DNA of 64,000 nt from an uncultured Actinomycetes bacterium (GCA_963742735.1 CAVUMN010000001.1:227571-291570), one strand, 5' to 3'. Counted from the first letter of the stretch, positions 29,651 to 40,371 are shown. A program made the numbers and translations. Notes: a model not told the origin generated them from the sequence alone.

Positions 29651-30399
29651 CCATCAGGGTCATCCCGGGGGCCGAGGCCTTCCGGTTCGAGGGGGGTCCC
29701 GTGGGCGCGCTGCTGCTCCACGGGTTCACCGGGAACCCCACCAGCATGCGCCCGCTGGGTGAGTGGCTCGCGGCCGAGGGCCTGTCGGTGGCGGCCCCCC
29801 GCTACCCGGGCCACGGAACGACGTGGGAGGAGCTCGCCAAGACGAAGTGGGAGCAGTGGGAGGCCGAGGCGCTGTCCGCCCTGGATGAGCTGGCCGGCCG
29901 CACCGAGGTCCTCATCGCGTGCGGGCTGTCCATGGGGGGCTCCATGGCCCTGCACCTGGCCGCCAAGCGACCGGACGTCGTCCGCGGGGTCGCGGTGGTC
30001 AACCCCTATATCCGCAACCCGCAGATGGCCCTGGCGCCGGTGGGCCGCCTGTTCGCCCGCTCCCGCAAGGGCGTCGGCAACGACATCAAGAAGCCCGCCC
30101 AGAACGAAGCTCCCTACGACCGGGTCCCCTACGCCGGGATCATCCAGCTCAACCGGATGTGCAAGACCGTGCAGGCCGAGCTGCCGCAGGTCCTCCAGCC
30201 GGTGCTCGTGTTCAACTCCCCGGAGGACCACGTGGTCCCGAAGGACAACGCCCAGTACGTCATGGACCGCGTGGGCTCCGCCGACAAGGAGCTCGTGACG
30301 ATGCCGAACTCCTACCACGTGGCGACGCTCGACTACGACGCGGAGACCATCCAGGAGCGCGTGCTGGAGTTCGCCAGGTCGGTCGCGGCGCGCCGCTGA
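29647..30399 (+). CDS. Carboxylesterase / monoacylglycerol lipase
   Basis: HGFTG, GLSMGG, EDHVV and SYHV motifs. Confidence 0.9.
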   Translation: MTIRVIPGAEAFRFEGGPVGALLLHGFTGNPTSMRPLGEWLAAEGLSVAAPRYPGHGTTWEELAKTKWEQWEAEALSALDELAGRTEVLIACGLSMGGSMALHLAAKRPDVVRGVAVVNPYIRNPQMALAPVGRLFARSRKGVGNDIKKPAQNEAPYDRVPYAGIIQLNRMCKTVQAELPQVLQPVLVFNSPEDHVVPKDNAQYVMDRVGSADKELVTMPNSYHVATLDYDAETIQERVLEFARSVAARR

Positions 30400-31955
30400 T
30401 GCGACGTCTCCTCGTCCCCGCGTTGGTCGTCCTCGTCTCGATGCTCGGCCTGCCGGCCGCCCAGGCCCACCTGGAGCGCCCCTCCGTGTTCCCCGACGGG
30501 ACCGGCAGCGTCCCCAGGTACCGAACCACCGGCCCCGCCCTGGTCGTGTGCGCGTCGGACAGCGCGGCTCGGATCAGGAAGCTCCCCGCGAACCGCCGGG
30601 CCTACAACGAGGGCCTGCTGCCGAAGTGCCGCTTCCGCAGCCTCCAGCGGGCCGTGGACGCCGCGAAGAACGGATCCCGGATCCTGATCCTGCCCGGCGT
30701 GTATCGGGAGATGGAGTGGCGCCGGTTCCCCACGAATGACCCCAGGTGCGCCGACATGAAGGCCGAGAACGGCGCCCCCACCTACGCGTATCACCGGAAG
30801 TGCCCCCACGACCAGAACCTCGTGGCGATCCTGGGAGACACGAACGACGACCGGAAGTGCGACGCCAAGTGCAACCTGCAGATCGAGGGCACCGGCGCGA
30901 AGCCGTCCGACGTCCTGTTCGACGGCGACTACGCCAAGCTCAACGTCATCCGCGCCGACCGGGCCGACGGCGTCTACTTCCGCAACTTCCACGTGAAGAA
31001 CGGCGACTTCAACGCGCTGTACATCATCGAGACCGACGGGTTCGTGATCAGCCGCATGATCGGGTCCCACTCGACCGAGTACGGGTTCCTGACCTTCATG
31101 TCGGACCACGGCCTCTACGAGCACTGCGAGGGCTACTGGAACGGCGACTCCGGTGTCTATCCCGGCTCGGCCGCCGACCACCACGGAGCCCGTCCCTCCA
31201 TCGAGATCCGCTACTGCAACAGCCACCACAACGCCATCGGCTACTCGGGCACGGCCGGGAACTCCGTCTGGGCCCACCACAACACGTTCCATCACAACGG
31301 GGCGGGGATCACCACCGACAGCATCTTCCCGGGTCACCCGGGCCTGCCCCAGGACTCCGCGCGCTTCGAGTACAACCTGATCTACTCGAACAACATGGAC
31401 GTGTACGACGCCGAGCACGACGAGATCTGCACCCGGCCCATCCTGGAGCGCCCCGAGAACTTCGCGTGTCCCGCCGTGGTATCTCCCACCGGGGTGGGGA
31501 TCGCGATCGTCGGCGGGAACGACAATCTCATCGCCAACAACTGGATCTGGGACAATTGGCGGTTCGGCACCATGCAGTTCATGATCCCGGCCGCGGTCCG
31601 CGAGGAGTACGACCCCCTGAAGCAGCTGGACACCTCGCATCGCAACAAGTACCTGTTCAACCACATGGGGATGCGGCCCGACGGCAGGCCCGACCGCAAC
31701 GGGACCGACTTCTACTGGGACGAGAACGGCACGGGGAACTGCTGGGAGAACAACGACGGCGGGGCCGACGGGATCACGGCGGACCCGATGCCCATATCGC
31801 CCCTGTTCCCCGACTGCGACGACTACCCCATGCCCCGGCTGTGGCCGTTCAAGATCGCCCAGATCCTCGGCTGCGCGGCGTGGACGCAGGCGGAGCGCGA
31901 CCCGCCCGCCTGCATGTGGGTGAACACCCCGCCCGAGGATCCGGGCGACGCCTAG
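30399..31955 (+). CDS. Secreted right-handed parallel beta-helix protein
   Basis: Signal peptide ending AQA-HLERP; SLQRAVDAA, ILPGVYRE, IRADRADG, GYSGTAG and Asn ladders. Confidence 0.85.
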   Translation: MRRLLVPALVVLVSMLGLPAAQAHLERPSVFPDGTGSVPRYRTTGPALVVCASDSAARIRKLPANRRAYNEGLLPKCRFRSLQRAVDAAKNGSRILILPGVYREMEWRRFPTNDPRCADMKAENGAPTYAYHRKCPHDQNLVAILGDTNDDRKCDAKCNLQIEGTGAKPSDVLFDGDYAKLNVIRADRADGVYFRNFHVKNGDFNALYIIETDGFVISRMIGSHSTEYGFLTFMSDHGLYEHCEGYWNGDSGVYPGSAADHHGARPSIEIRYCNSHHNAIGYSGTAGNSVWAHHNTFHHNGAGITTDSIFPGHPGLPQDSARFEYNLIYSNNMDVYDAEHDEICTRPILERPENFACPAVVSPTGVGIAIVGGNDNLIANNWIWDNWRFGTMQFMIPAAVREEYDPLKQLDTSHRNKYLFNHMGMRPDGRPDRNGTDFYWDENGTGNCWENNDGGADGITADPMPISPLFPDCDDYPMPRLWPFKIAQILGCAAWTQAERDPPACMWVNTPPEDPGDA

Positions 31956-31961
31956 GGCCGC

Positions 31962-33548
31962 CTAACGCCGCTGGGCGAGCAGGCTCGCGCAGGTGCTCGG
32001 CCCGCACACCGGCGGCTTCGGCCACTCCACGCGCATCCCCTCGGGGAGGTTCCGGGCGTTCTTCGGATCGGGCCCGGGCCCCCACAGGCACGGATCCACC
32101 CCCGCCGTCCAGCACAGGGGGACGTTCTCCTCGTCTCGGATGAGCAGCCCCTGGTGCATGAGGTTGATCGGGTACGGGACGCCGTGCGGCGTAGCGCCGT
32201 TCAGGACCGGCACGTCGCACGGGGAGAGCATGGGCGCGTCGCTCGTCGCCGGCGTCCCTCCGGCGTCTCGGGTGTTGTCCTCCCAGCAGTTGTCGAAGCC
32301 CAGCCCGTCCCAGCCGAAATCCACGTCGTTGCCCTCACCCTCGACCCCGGCAGGCGGGAACATCCGGTTGTTGACGAAGCGGTTGTTCGAGCTGAAGAAC
32401 GGCGGCGCGGCCGGCTCGCTGATCGGGCCGAGGATCAGGCCCACGCCGTTCATGAACCAGACCCCGAACCGGCCGTGCCCCCAGATCTGGTTGTTCTGCA
32501 CGAGGTTGTCGTTCCCGCTGGCGATGACGACGCCCACGCCGACCGGGATGAGCGCGGTCCCCTCGAACACCGTCGCCTTGACGTCCGACGTCTCCAGGTA
32601 GGGGTTGAAGTTGTTGTCGTGGACGACGTTGTTCTCGAAGGTCAAGTCGTTCTGCGGGTAGTTCGGGTGGTCGGTCTCGGAGTCCGTCACGAACCCCACG
32701 GCGTTGTCCCAGAACTCGTTGTGGTGGACCCACACGTTGTCCCCCTGGGTCCCCGAGTACCCGAGGGCGTTGTGGTAGCTCTTGCAGTGGTGGATCTCGG
32801 TGGAGGGGCGGCCGAGGCCTCCGTTCGCGTCGTCGGCCGAGCTGCCCGGATACAGCCCGCCGTCTCCCGAGCCCGTCGCCTCGCAGTACCGCTGAAGGCC
32901 GTGGTCGTTCCCGAAGGTCAGGAAGGCGTATTCGCGGCTGTAGCCGCTCACCACCTGGTCGATCAACCATCCGGACGAGTCCAGGATGTACACGCCGTGC
33001 TCGAACGCGTGCCATACGGAGAGATTCTTGATGATGATCCCGTCGGCGCGGTCGCCGCGGATGCCGACGTGCTTCTTGAAGCCGGCGTCGATGACAACGT
33101 CCCGCGGCTTGCGACCCATCCCGAGCAGCGTGATGTTCTTCTTGCCCACGACCGCGATGAGGTTCGCCGAGTTCGGGTACTTGACGTGGTACTCGAACGA
33201 ATGCGTTCCATCCGGGTTGTCGGGAGGAAGATGCGGAGCGGAGCGGCTGGGCTCCTCCTTGTACAAACCGGGCCAGATGCGGATGAGCGCGCCGTTCGGG
33301 GCGGCGTTCACGGCCTGCTGGATGTGCCGGTAGCGACACTCCCACCGGCCGTTCACCTTGCTCTTGCACACGTCCAGCACCGGGGATTGCCGTGCGATCC
33401 GAGACACGTTCGGCACGCGGCCGGGCCGGGCCGGCGACAGAGTCGGACGTTCCGCGTGGCCGTAGGCGAACGTGGGCGCGAGGACGACCAGGCACAGGGC
33501 GAGGAGTGCGGGCAGGTGTCGAGTGCGTCGGGTTCGTGTCATGCGCAT
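31962..33548 (-). CDS. Secreted right-handed parallel beta-helix protein (paralogue)
   Basis: Signal peptide ending AYG-HAERP; IQQAVNAA, IWPGLYKE, IRGDRADG and GYSGTQG. Confidence 0.85.
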   Translation of the reverse strand: MRMTRTRRTRHLPALLALCLVVLAPTFAYGHAERPTLSPARPGRVPNVSRIARQSPVLDVCKSKVNGRWECRYRHIQQAVNAAPNGALIRIWPGLYKEEPSRSAPHLPPDNPDGTHSFEYHVKYPNSANLIAVVGKKNITLLGMGRKPRDVVIDAGFKKHVGIRGDRADGIIIKNLSVWHAFEHGVYILDSSGWLIDQVVSGYSREYAFLTFGNDHGLQRYCEATGSGDGGLYPGSSADDANGGLGRPSTEIHHCKSYHNALGYSGTQGDNVWVHHNEFWDNAVGFVTDSETDHPNYPQNDLTFENNVVHDNNFNPYLETSDVKATVFEGTALIPVGVGVVIASGNDNLVQNNQIWGHGRFGVWFMNGVGLILGPISEPAAPPFFSSNNRFVNNRMFPPAGVEGEGNDVDFGWDGLGFDNCWEDNTRDAGGTPATSDAPMLSPCDVPVLNGATPHGVPYPINLMHQGLLIRDEENVPLCWTAGVDPCLWGPGPDPKNARNLPEGMRVEWPKPPVCGPSTCASLLAQRR

Positions 33549-33579
33549 CTCTTTCGCCCAGGACCGGCGATTGCCCTGC

Positions 33580-34259
33580 TCAGGGCTCGGCCAGGGTGAC
33601 GTCGGCGAACAGCGGCAGGTGGTCGGAGGCGGCCCGGACCTCGGGCCCGTCCTCCACCCATGTGCGGGTCGTCCGGACACCTTCGCCGAGCAGGAGGTAG
33701 TCGATCCGCGCGCGGGGCTCGGCCGAGGGGAACGTGTAGCCGAGCCCCTCTCCGCGGCCGGCGAAGGCGTCCCACAGCCGCTCGGTGAGCCAGGCGGCCG
33801 CGGCGCCCTCGGGTCCCTCGTTCAGGTCACCGCCCACCACGACCGGGCCGGTGAGCCCGGCCACCAGGTCGCCGAGCTCGCGCGCGTGCGCCTGGCGTTC
33901 CCGGTCGGAGAGGCCGAGGTGCACGCTCACGGCCCAGATCCGGGCACCCGCCCGGCCCACGTGCGCGACGAACGCCCCCCGGGGATCAGCCGGCCCGACC
34001 GCTCGAACCGAACGACCCGTGTGTCCACCACGCGCCACGGCGGTCGGACGACCACGGCGTTGGCGACCGAGCTCCGCCAGGTGAGGCTCGACGCGGCCTG
34101 CGCGCCGAGGCCGCGAGCGAACCGGTTGAGGGCCCGGCGCCGGCCGGCCTCGTTGATGAACGCGATGTCCGGCGTCTGCTCCGCGACCGCGTCGGCCACC
34201 GCGCGCGGCCCGGCCCGGAACCCGTGCACGTTCCACGCCAGCAACCGCAGGTCGGTCAC
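33580..34259 (-). CDS. Endonuclease/exonuclease/phosphatase family protein, frameshifted near 33980
   Basis: N-terminal LLAWNV and INEA are in one frame; VHL, GDLNE, RIDY and SDHLP are in another. Confidence 0.8.
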
Positions 34260-34281
34260 GGGCGGAGCGTATCGCCTCGAC

Positions 34282-35225
34282 TCAGGCGGTGATCGCCGTT
34301 CCCGCCCCGCCGGCGGCGGCCGGGACCATGTCCTCGAGGGCGGCGATCACGGCTCGCTCCCCGCCCGACTCCACGAACTGCGCGGCCGCCTCGACCTTCG
34401 GCCCCATCGACCCCTCGCCCAGCTCTCCGGCGTCGAGCATCCGTCGGGCGTCCGCGACCGTGAGGCGGTCGAGCTTGCGGCGCTTCGTCTTGGATGCGAA
34501 GTCCTCGTAGACGCCGTCGACGTCGGTCAGGACGAGCAGCGTCGCCGCCTCCACGTCACGGGCCAGGATCGCCGCGGCCAGGTCCTTGTCCACCACGGCC
34601 TCGCGGCCCACCAGGTTCGGCCCGTCCTCGACCACCGGAACGCCGCCGCCGCCGGCGGCGATCACGATCGCCTTCGACTCGACCAGCTGGCGGATGACCG
34701 GCGCCTCCACGATCGAGTACGGGTGCGGGCGAGGGGACCACCCGCCGCCACCCGCCCTCCGGGCTCGCCGCCACGTTCCACCCCCGCTCCTCGGCGAACA
34801 TGCTTCGCGTCGGCTTCCAGGTAGTACGGCCCTACCGGCTTCGTCGGATGCTCGAACGCCGGGTCGTCCGGGCGGACCCGGGTGAGCGTCAGCACCGTGA
34901 CCACCGGCCGCTCGAGCATCCCCCGCTCGAAGAACACGTCGCCGATCGAGACCTGGAGCAGGTAGCCGATCTGGCCCTGGCTCTCAGCGCCGCAGACGTC
35001 GAGCGGCATCGGATGGACGATGTCGCGGGCGGCCTCGTTCTGCAGCAGGATCCGTCCGACCTGGGGACCGTTCCCGTGCGTGACGACGACCTCGCGGCCC
35101 TCCGCCGCGACGTCCGCGATCAGCTCCGCCGCCCGGCGCGCGTTCGCGCGCATCAGCTCGGGCGTGTCGTCCTCGCCTCGATGCAGGAGGGCGTTGCCGC
35201 CCAGCGCGACGACCACCCGCTCCAC
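34282..35225 (-). CDS. arcC: Carbamate kinase with two frameshifts (near 34800 and 34720)
   Basis: VVALGGNAL, THGNGPQVG, ESQGQIGY, PTKPVGP / GWRRVVPSP / GGGGVPV, VDKD, LTDVDG and GSMGPKV are spread over three frames. Confidence 0.9.
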
Positions 35226-35228
35226 CGA

Positions 35229-36543
35229 CTAGCCCGTGACCGGCCTGAGGACGTCGGCGATCGTGGGCGAGCCCTCGACCTCCTCCAGGTCGTAGGTGAC
35301 GCGAACGGCGGGGACGTCGAAGTCGATGAGTCGGCGAAGGTCGATCGGCGTCGCGACGACGACCACGTCGCAGGGGACGGACTCGATGGTCGCCTTCATA
35401 TCGGCCAGCTGCTCTGCGGAGTAGCCCATGGCCGGCAACACCGGCCCGACGTCGTAGGCCTCGTACACCCCGCGCAGGGTCCCGGCCGCGTAGGCGCGAG
35501 GGTCCACGATCTCGGCTGCACCGTGCCGCTTCGCCGCCACGACGCCCGCGCCGTACTGCATCTCTCCGTGGGTCAGCGTGGGCCCGTCCTCGATGACCAG
35601 GACCCGCTTGCCCTTCAGCGCCTCGGGGTCGTCCACCGTCACCGGGCTGCGGGCCTCGACGACGGTCGCCTTCGGGTTCACCTCGGCGATGGACTCCCGG
35701 ACCGCCGCCAGCTGTTCGGGCGTGGCCGAGTCGACCTTGTTGATGACCAGGACGTCGCCCATCCGCAGGTTCGCCTCGCCGGGGTGGTAGGTCAGCTCGT
35801 GACCGGCCCGCAGCGGGTCGACGACCACCAGGTGCACGGCTGGCCGGTAGAAGGGCAGGTCGTTGTTGCCCCCGTCCCACACCAGCACGTCGCACTCCTT
35901 CGAGGCCGCCTGGAGGATGGCCGCGTAGTCCACGCCGGCGAAGACCACCGTCCCCGTGGTGAGGTGGTGCTCGTACTCCTCGCGCTCCTCGATCGTGGCG
36001 TTCGCGGCCTCCAGATCTTGCTCGGACGCGAACCGCTGCACGCGTTGCTTCACCAGGTCTCCGTAGGGCATGGGGTGGCGAACCACCACCGCCGTCTTGC
36101 CGGCCGCCCGGAGGGTCGCCACGACCTTCCGCGTGGTCTGGCTCTTGCCCGAGCCGGTCCGCACCGCACACACCGCCACCACCGGGACGGGCGCGTCCAG
36201 CATCGTCGCGTCGGGGCCGAGCAGCGTGAAGCTGGCCCCGGCGGCGAGCGCCGTGCTCGCGGTGTGCATGACGTGCAGGTGCGACGACATCGGAGTAGGC
36301 GAACACGACCTCGTCGACGTCGAGCTCGGAGACGAGCCGGGGCATCTCCGACTCCAGGTGGATCGGGATCCCGTCCGGATAGCTCGGCCCGGCCAGCTCC
36401 GCCGGATAGGTGCGGTCGTCGATGTACGGGATCTGCGTCGCGGTGAACGCCACCACGCGGACGGCTGGATCATCGCGGTACACGACGTTGAAGTTGTGGA
36501 AGTCCCGCCCGGCGGCTCCCATGATCAGCACGCGTCTCGTCAT
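35229..36543 (-). CDS. COG2403 P-loop protein (cyclic 2,3-DPG synthetase-like / arginine synthetase ArcE-like), frameshifted near 36285
   Basis: MGAAGRDFHNFN, AFTATQIP, AVRTGSGKSQT, RHPMPYG, EEREEYE, WDGGNND, EDGPTLTHG and LPAMGY motifs. Confidence 0.85.
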
Positions 36544-36578
36544 TGAGATCGAATCCCCCGTCGTCGGTCGCGCAGAGA

Positions 36579-37478
36579 TTAGTCGCGGAGCGCCGGAAGC
36601 ACCCGTTCCGCGATCAGGCGGCGCCGGTCGCCCGGACCCGCCGGGACCATGATCGACCACGTGGCGCCCGCGTCCCGCAGCGCGCCGAGCAGCTCGACAA
36701 GCTCGTCGGCCGAGCCCACCCAGGCGTCGTCGGCCATCCCCTTGCGCTGGCGCTCCTCACCCAGCCGCTGCGCCTCGGCCGTGTCCTCGCCGACCAGGAC
36801 GATCCCCGCCCACGTCGGCTCCACGTCCCGGCCGCTCTCGGCGCATGCCTCCCGGAGGATGGCCACCTTCTTGGCGAATCGTTCCGGGGACAGACCCCAC
36901 CCGTTCCAGCCGTCCGCGACGGCGGCGGCGATCCGCAGCACGGGCTCGGCCAGCGCGCCGACCCAGATCGGCGGCCCGCCGGGCTGCGCCGGAGGCGGGA
37001 GCAGGGGACCGGTGAGCTTCGGCACGTGCACGCCGCCGTCCCAGGTGCGGGCCTCGAACAGCGCCTTCAGGGCCTCGATCGCCTCCCGGAGGTACGCGCG
37101 GCGGTCCTCCACGCCGAGCGTCGGGAAACCGAACGCCTGGTGCTCGGGCTCGTCGATGGGGTCACCCGTGCCCATGCCCAGGATCAGCCGGCCGCCGGAC
37201 TGGACGTCGATGACCGAGGCCATCTTCGCGATCAGCCCCGGGGGGCGAAGCGACGCCCGCGTCACGAGCATTCCCACCCGGATCCGCTCGGTCGCCTCCG
37301 CCACCGCGGCCAGCATCGTGAAGCCCTCGAGGGCGGGCCGGTCCGGCGGCGCCCCCGGCGGGAAGAAGTGGTCGAACACGAACGCCCCGTCGTAGCCGAG
37401 GGCCTCGGCCTCGCGCGCCGCGTCGAGCGTCTTCTGGGGCCGGTCGTTGAACAACGGAAGGATCGTCCCGAGCTTCAT
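36579..37478 (-). CDS. LLM-class flavin/F420-dependent oxidoreductase
   Basis: AEALGYD, FDHF, SGGRLILGMGTG, PIWVG and ADGWN motifs. Confidence 0.88.
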   Translation of the reverse strand: MKLGTILPLFNDRPQKTLDAAREAEALGYDGAFVFDHFFPPGAPPDRPALEGFTMLAAVAEATERIRVGMLVTRASLRPPGLIAKMASVIDVQSGGRLILGMGTGDPIDEPEHQAFGFPTLGVEDRRAYLREAIEALKALFEARTWDGGVHVPKLTGPLLPPPAQPGGPPIWVGALAEPVLRIAAAVADGWNGWGLSPERFAKKVAILREACAESGRDVEPTWAGIVLVGEDTAEAQRLGEERQRKGMADDAWVGSADELVELLGALRDAGATWSIMVPAGPGDRRRLIAERVLPALRD

Positions 37479-38434
37479 CGCGCGGCCGCGTCCAGGGCGA
37501 GCGCGGCCGCGCCGATCGCTCCCGCGTCGTTGCCCAGTGCCGCCGGCAGGATCGGGACCTCCGGGCGGTGCCCGGGCGCCTCGATCGTGTCCACGAACGC
37601 GCGCCGGGCGGGCTCGAGCAGCAGCTCGCCGATGTCGGCCACCCCGCCTCCCACCACGATCGCGTCCGGATCCAGGATGTTCGCGAGCCCGGCCATCCCC
37701 TCGCCGAGCCGCCGGCCGACCTCGGCCAGGATGGCGACGGCGTCCGGGTCGCCCTCCCGTGCCGCCTCGGCCACGTGACGGCCGGAGACCCGCTCGGGCC
37801 CGCCCGCCAACCGCGACATACGGCCGTCCGGGTCCCCGGCGGCGTGCTCGCGGCCGATCCGGCCGAGCGCGCTCCCGCTGGCGACCTGTTCCCAGCAGCC
37901 CTGATTCCCGCAGCCGCAGGGGGGGCCTCCGGGCTCGACGATGACGTGGCCGATCTCCGCGGCGAACCCGTGGGCGCCGCGCAGCATCCGGCCCCCCGAG
38001 ACGATCCCGCCCCCGATGCCGGTGCCGACGGTGACCATGAGCAGGTCGTCGTGGCCCCGGCCCGCGCCGTGGCGGTACTCGCCCCACGCCGCGGCGTTGG
38101 CGTCGTTGTCGACGATCACGGGCACGTCCAGGACCTCCGACAGGCGCTCCGCCAGGGGAACCTCCCGCCACGGCAGGTTCGGTCCGAACCGGAACACTCC
38201 CGCGGCGAAGTCGACCATCCCGGCGACGCCCGCGCCCGCGCCGACCACCGTCCCGTGCTCCGCGAGCAGCTCACGGCCGAGCTCCGTGACCGTCGCGATC
38301 GCTTGATCCGCGTCCTCGGCCGGCGTCGGGCGCTCGCCCCGGCCCAGGACCGTCCCCTCGGAATCGAGGACCAGCCCCGCGACCTTGGTGCCGCCGACGT
38401 CCAGGCCCAAGGCCCGAAGCGCGGCCTGCGTCAC
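37475..38434 (-). CDS. ROK family glucokinase
   Basis: GLDVGGTK, DNDANAAAWGE, GTGIGGG, EIGH and CGCGNQGCWE motifs. Confidence 0.92.
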   Translation of the reverse strand: MTQAALRALGLDVGGTKVAGLVLDSEGTVLGRGERPTPAEDADQAIATVTELGRELLAEHGTVVGAGAGVAGMVDFAAGVFRFGPNLPWREVPLAERLSEVLDVPVIVDNDANAAAWGEYRHGAGRGHDDLLMVTVGTGIGGGIVSGGRMLRGAHGFAAEIGHVIVEPGGPPCGCGNQGCWEQVASGSALGRIGREHAAGDPDGRMSRLAGGPERVSGRHVAEAAREGDPDAVAILAEVGRRLGEGMAGLANILDPDAIVVGGGVADIGELLLEPARRAFVDTIEAPGHRPEVPILPAALGNDAGAIGAAALALDAAAR

Positions 38435-38694
38435 CCGATCTCGATCTTCTCGAGCGGCGAGCGCCGCGCGAGCCCCTCCGCCCGGGCGTTGATGACGGCC
38501 TGGGCCGCCAAGAACAGCTCCCGGCCGGCCGCCAGGAGGTGCTCGACGACCTCGGGGCGCACGGTCCCGGTCGCGGTCAGGAGCATCGACACGGGACAGA
38601 AGGCGACCTGGCACATGGCGGGGTCGTGGCCGGCCTCGGTCTCGGCGGGAGGCGGCTCGGTCGCGGGGCGCTTTCGCGAGGGTCCGTCGGCCAT
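38431..38694 (-). CDS. Small conserved actinobacterial protein (DUF5304-like)
   Basis: CQVAFCPV and PEVVEHLLAAG; usual position between ArsA and ROK; AAGGA RBS. Confidence 0.7.
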   Translation of the reverse strand: MADGPSRKRPATEPPPAETEAGHDPAMCQVAFCPVSMLLTATGTVRPEVVEHLLAAGRELFLAAQAVINARAEGLARRSPLEKIEIG

Positions 38695-38711
38695 GGGAGT
38701 CCTTTCGTTCG

Positions 38712-39905
38712 TCAGCGGGCGGTGGCGGCCGACTGGGCCGGCGCCTTCCCGAACGTGATCTGCAGGCGGTCTTCGATCATCTGCGCGCCCTGGACGTCCA
38801 GGCGCTGGAGGGTCTGGGGCAGGATCAGGTTCCGCTTGTAGGGGCCGACGCGGATGTAGAGCTCGTCGGCCTTGCGATGGATGTCGATCTCGGCCTTCTC
38901 CGTGAACGGGAGCCGCAACGACAGCAGGAACTGCGCACCCCGCTTCCTGACCTTGATCGGTTCGTCCTTGTGGAAGATGTCGGTGGCGACCCGGTCGCCG
39001 TAGACCTCGTCGCCCATCTCCGCCAGGTTCTCGACCCCGACCATCTCCCGGTCGAACAGCCGCGCCGTCAGGACCGGCACCGGCTCGAACGACTCGTGGA
39101 TCGTGGCGAGGTGCTTCTGCTGGATCTCCTTCCACTTCCCGAAGTACGGGTCGGTCACCGTGTCGGGGATGATCCGGTTCGCGACCACCGCGTCCACGCG
39201 GTACCCGAACAGGGACAGGTACGTGTAGGTCCGGCGGGCCTCGGCGATGACCATGGCCTCCGGGTTGACCACCAGCCGGACGCTGGAGACCTTCTCGTTG
39301 GTGAGGATCCGGCGGACGCCGTCCAGGTTGCGGTGCAGACGCTCGATCGCGGCGAAGATCCGATCGTCGGCGATCGGCATGGTGGTGAGCTTGGTGAGCA
39401 GCGGGCGGATGGTCTTCACGACACGGCGCTCGACGGGGAAGATCCGCTCGATGTACCAGTTCATGACCTCCGGCAGCGAGAGCAGCCGGAGCGTCTCGGC
39501 CGTGGGCGCGCAGTCGATGATCAGCACGTCGAACGCGTCGGAGTCCACGTAGCGCTTGACGTCGGTGAGGCTGAAGATCTCGTCCAGACCGGGGATCACG
39601 CTGAGCTCCTCGGCCTCGATCGCGTCGACGCCCGCCCAGTTCAGGAACGACACGACGTACTCCTGGATGTCGCGCCAGTTGTCCTCCAGGCGCTCCTGGG
39701 CGTCGATCTGCTCCGCCCAGAGGTTGGCGTCGACCTGGACGGCGCGGGAGGACAGGGGCACGGCGAACGAGTCGGCCAGCGAGTGGGCGGGGTCCGTGCT
39801 CATGATGAGCGTGCGGTGGCCCGCCCGGGCCGAACGAACGGCGGTCGCGGAGGCCACGGTCGTCTTGCCGACGCCGCCCTTGCCGGTGAACAGCAGGATC
39901 CTCAT
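38712..39905 (-). CDS. ArsA/Get3 family ATPase with a C-terminal HSP20-like domain
   Basis: FTGKGGVGKTT, STDPAHSL and DCAPTAETLRLL motifs. Confidence 0.93.
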   Translation of the reverse strand: MRILLFTGKGGVGKTTVASATAVRSARAGHRTLIMSTDPAHSLADSFAVPLSSRAVQVDANLWAEQIDAQERLEDNWRDIQEYVVSFLNWAGVDAIEAEELSVIPGLDEIFSLTDVKRYVDSDAFDVLIIDCAPTAETLRLLSLPEVMNWYIERIFPVERRVVKTIRPLLTKLTTMPIADDRIFAAIERLHRNLDGVRRILTNEKVSSVRLVVNPEAMVIAEARRTYTYLSLFGYRVDAVVANRIIPDTVTDPYFGKWKEIQQKHLATIHESFEPVPVLTARLFDREMVGVENLAEMGDEVYGDRVATDIFHKDEPIKVRKRGAQFLLSLRLPFTEKAEIDIHRKADELYIRVGPYKRNLILPQTLQRLDVQGAQMIEDRLQITFGKAPAQSAATAR

Positions 39906-39936
39906 GGACCGCCCAGGATAGCGGCCCGGCGAGCCC

Positions 39937-40371
39937 TCAGCCCTCGACGCGCCGCTTCAAGCCCTCCAGCGCGGACTTGAGCATCCGCTTCTCGATCTGG
40001 CGCTTGACGATGCCGGGAACGGGGATGGACGGCGTCATCGCCAGCCGGTACGTGACCTCGGTCGAGTCGCCGTCGCCGGCAAGCTCGTAGGCCCCCTCGA
40101 GGTCCTTGATGTTTCGTGCCTCGACGAGCGTCCAGCTGCATCCCTTGTCGCCGCCCGGGTAGCTGTAGTCGAACACCAGGCTGTCCGAGAGACCCAGGGA
40201 GCTGACGTCCAGCCGCACCTGCTTGCCCCGGCCCTGCTTGTCCTTGCTGAGCACCTCGGTGGCGTTCATGCCCTCGGCCCACTCCGGGTAGGCCTCGAAG
40301 TCGAGGATGACCGCCATGACCTCTTTCGGCGAGGCGTCGATCGTGATGGTGCCCTCGGTCTGCTCCGCCAT
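39937..40371 (-). CDS. SRPBCC / polyketide cyclase family protein
   Basis: GAAGGAGG RBS; DFEAYPEW, GAYEL and LEGLKRRVE motifs. Confidence 0.88.
   Translation of the reverse strand: MAEQTEGTITIDASPKEVMAVILDFEAYPEWAEGMNATEVLSKDKQGRGKQVRLDVSSLGLSDSLVFDYSYPGGDKGCSWTLVEARNIKDLEGAYELAGDGDSTEVTYRLAMTPSIPVPGIVKRQIEKRMLKSALEGLKRRVEG

Noticed and set aside
38712-39905. Arsenic resistance
   Set aside because: No arsB, arsC or arsR nearby; a single-domain ArsA/Get3-like ATPase in the usual lipid-related actinobacterial neighbourhood.
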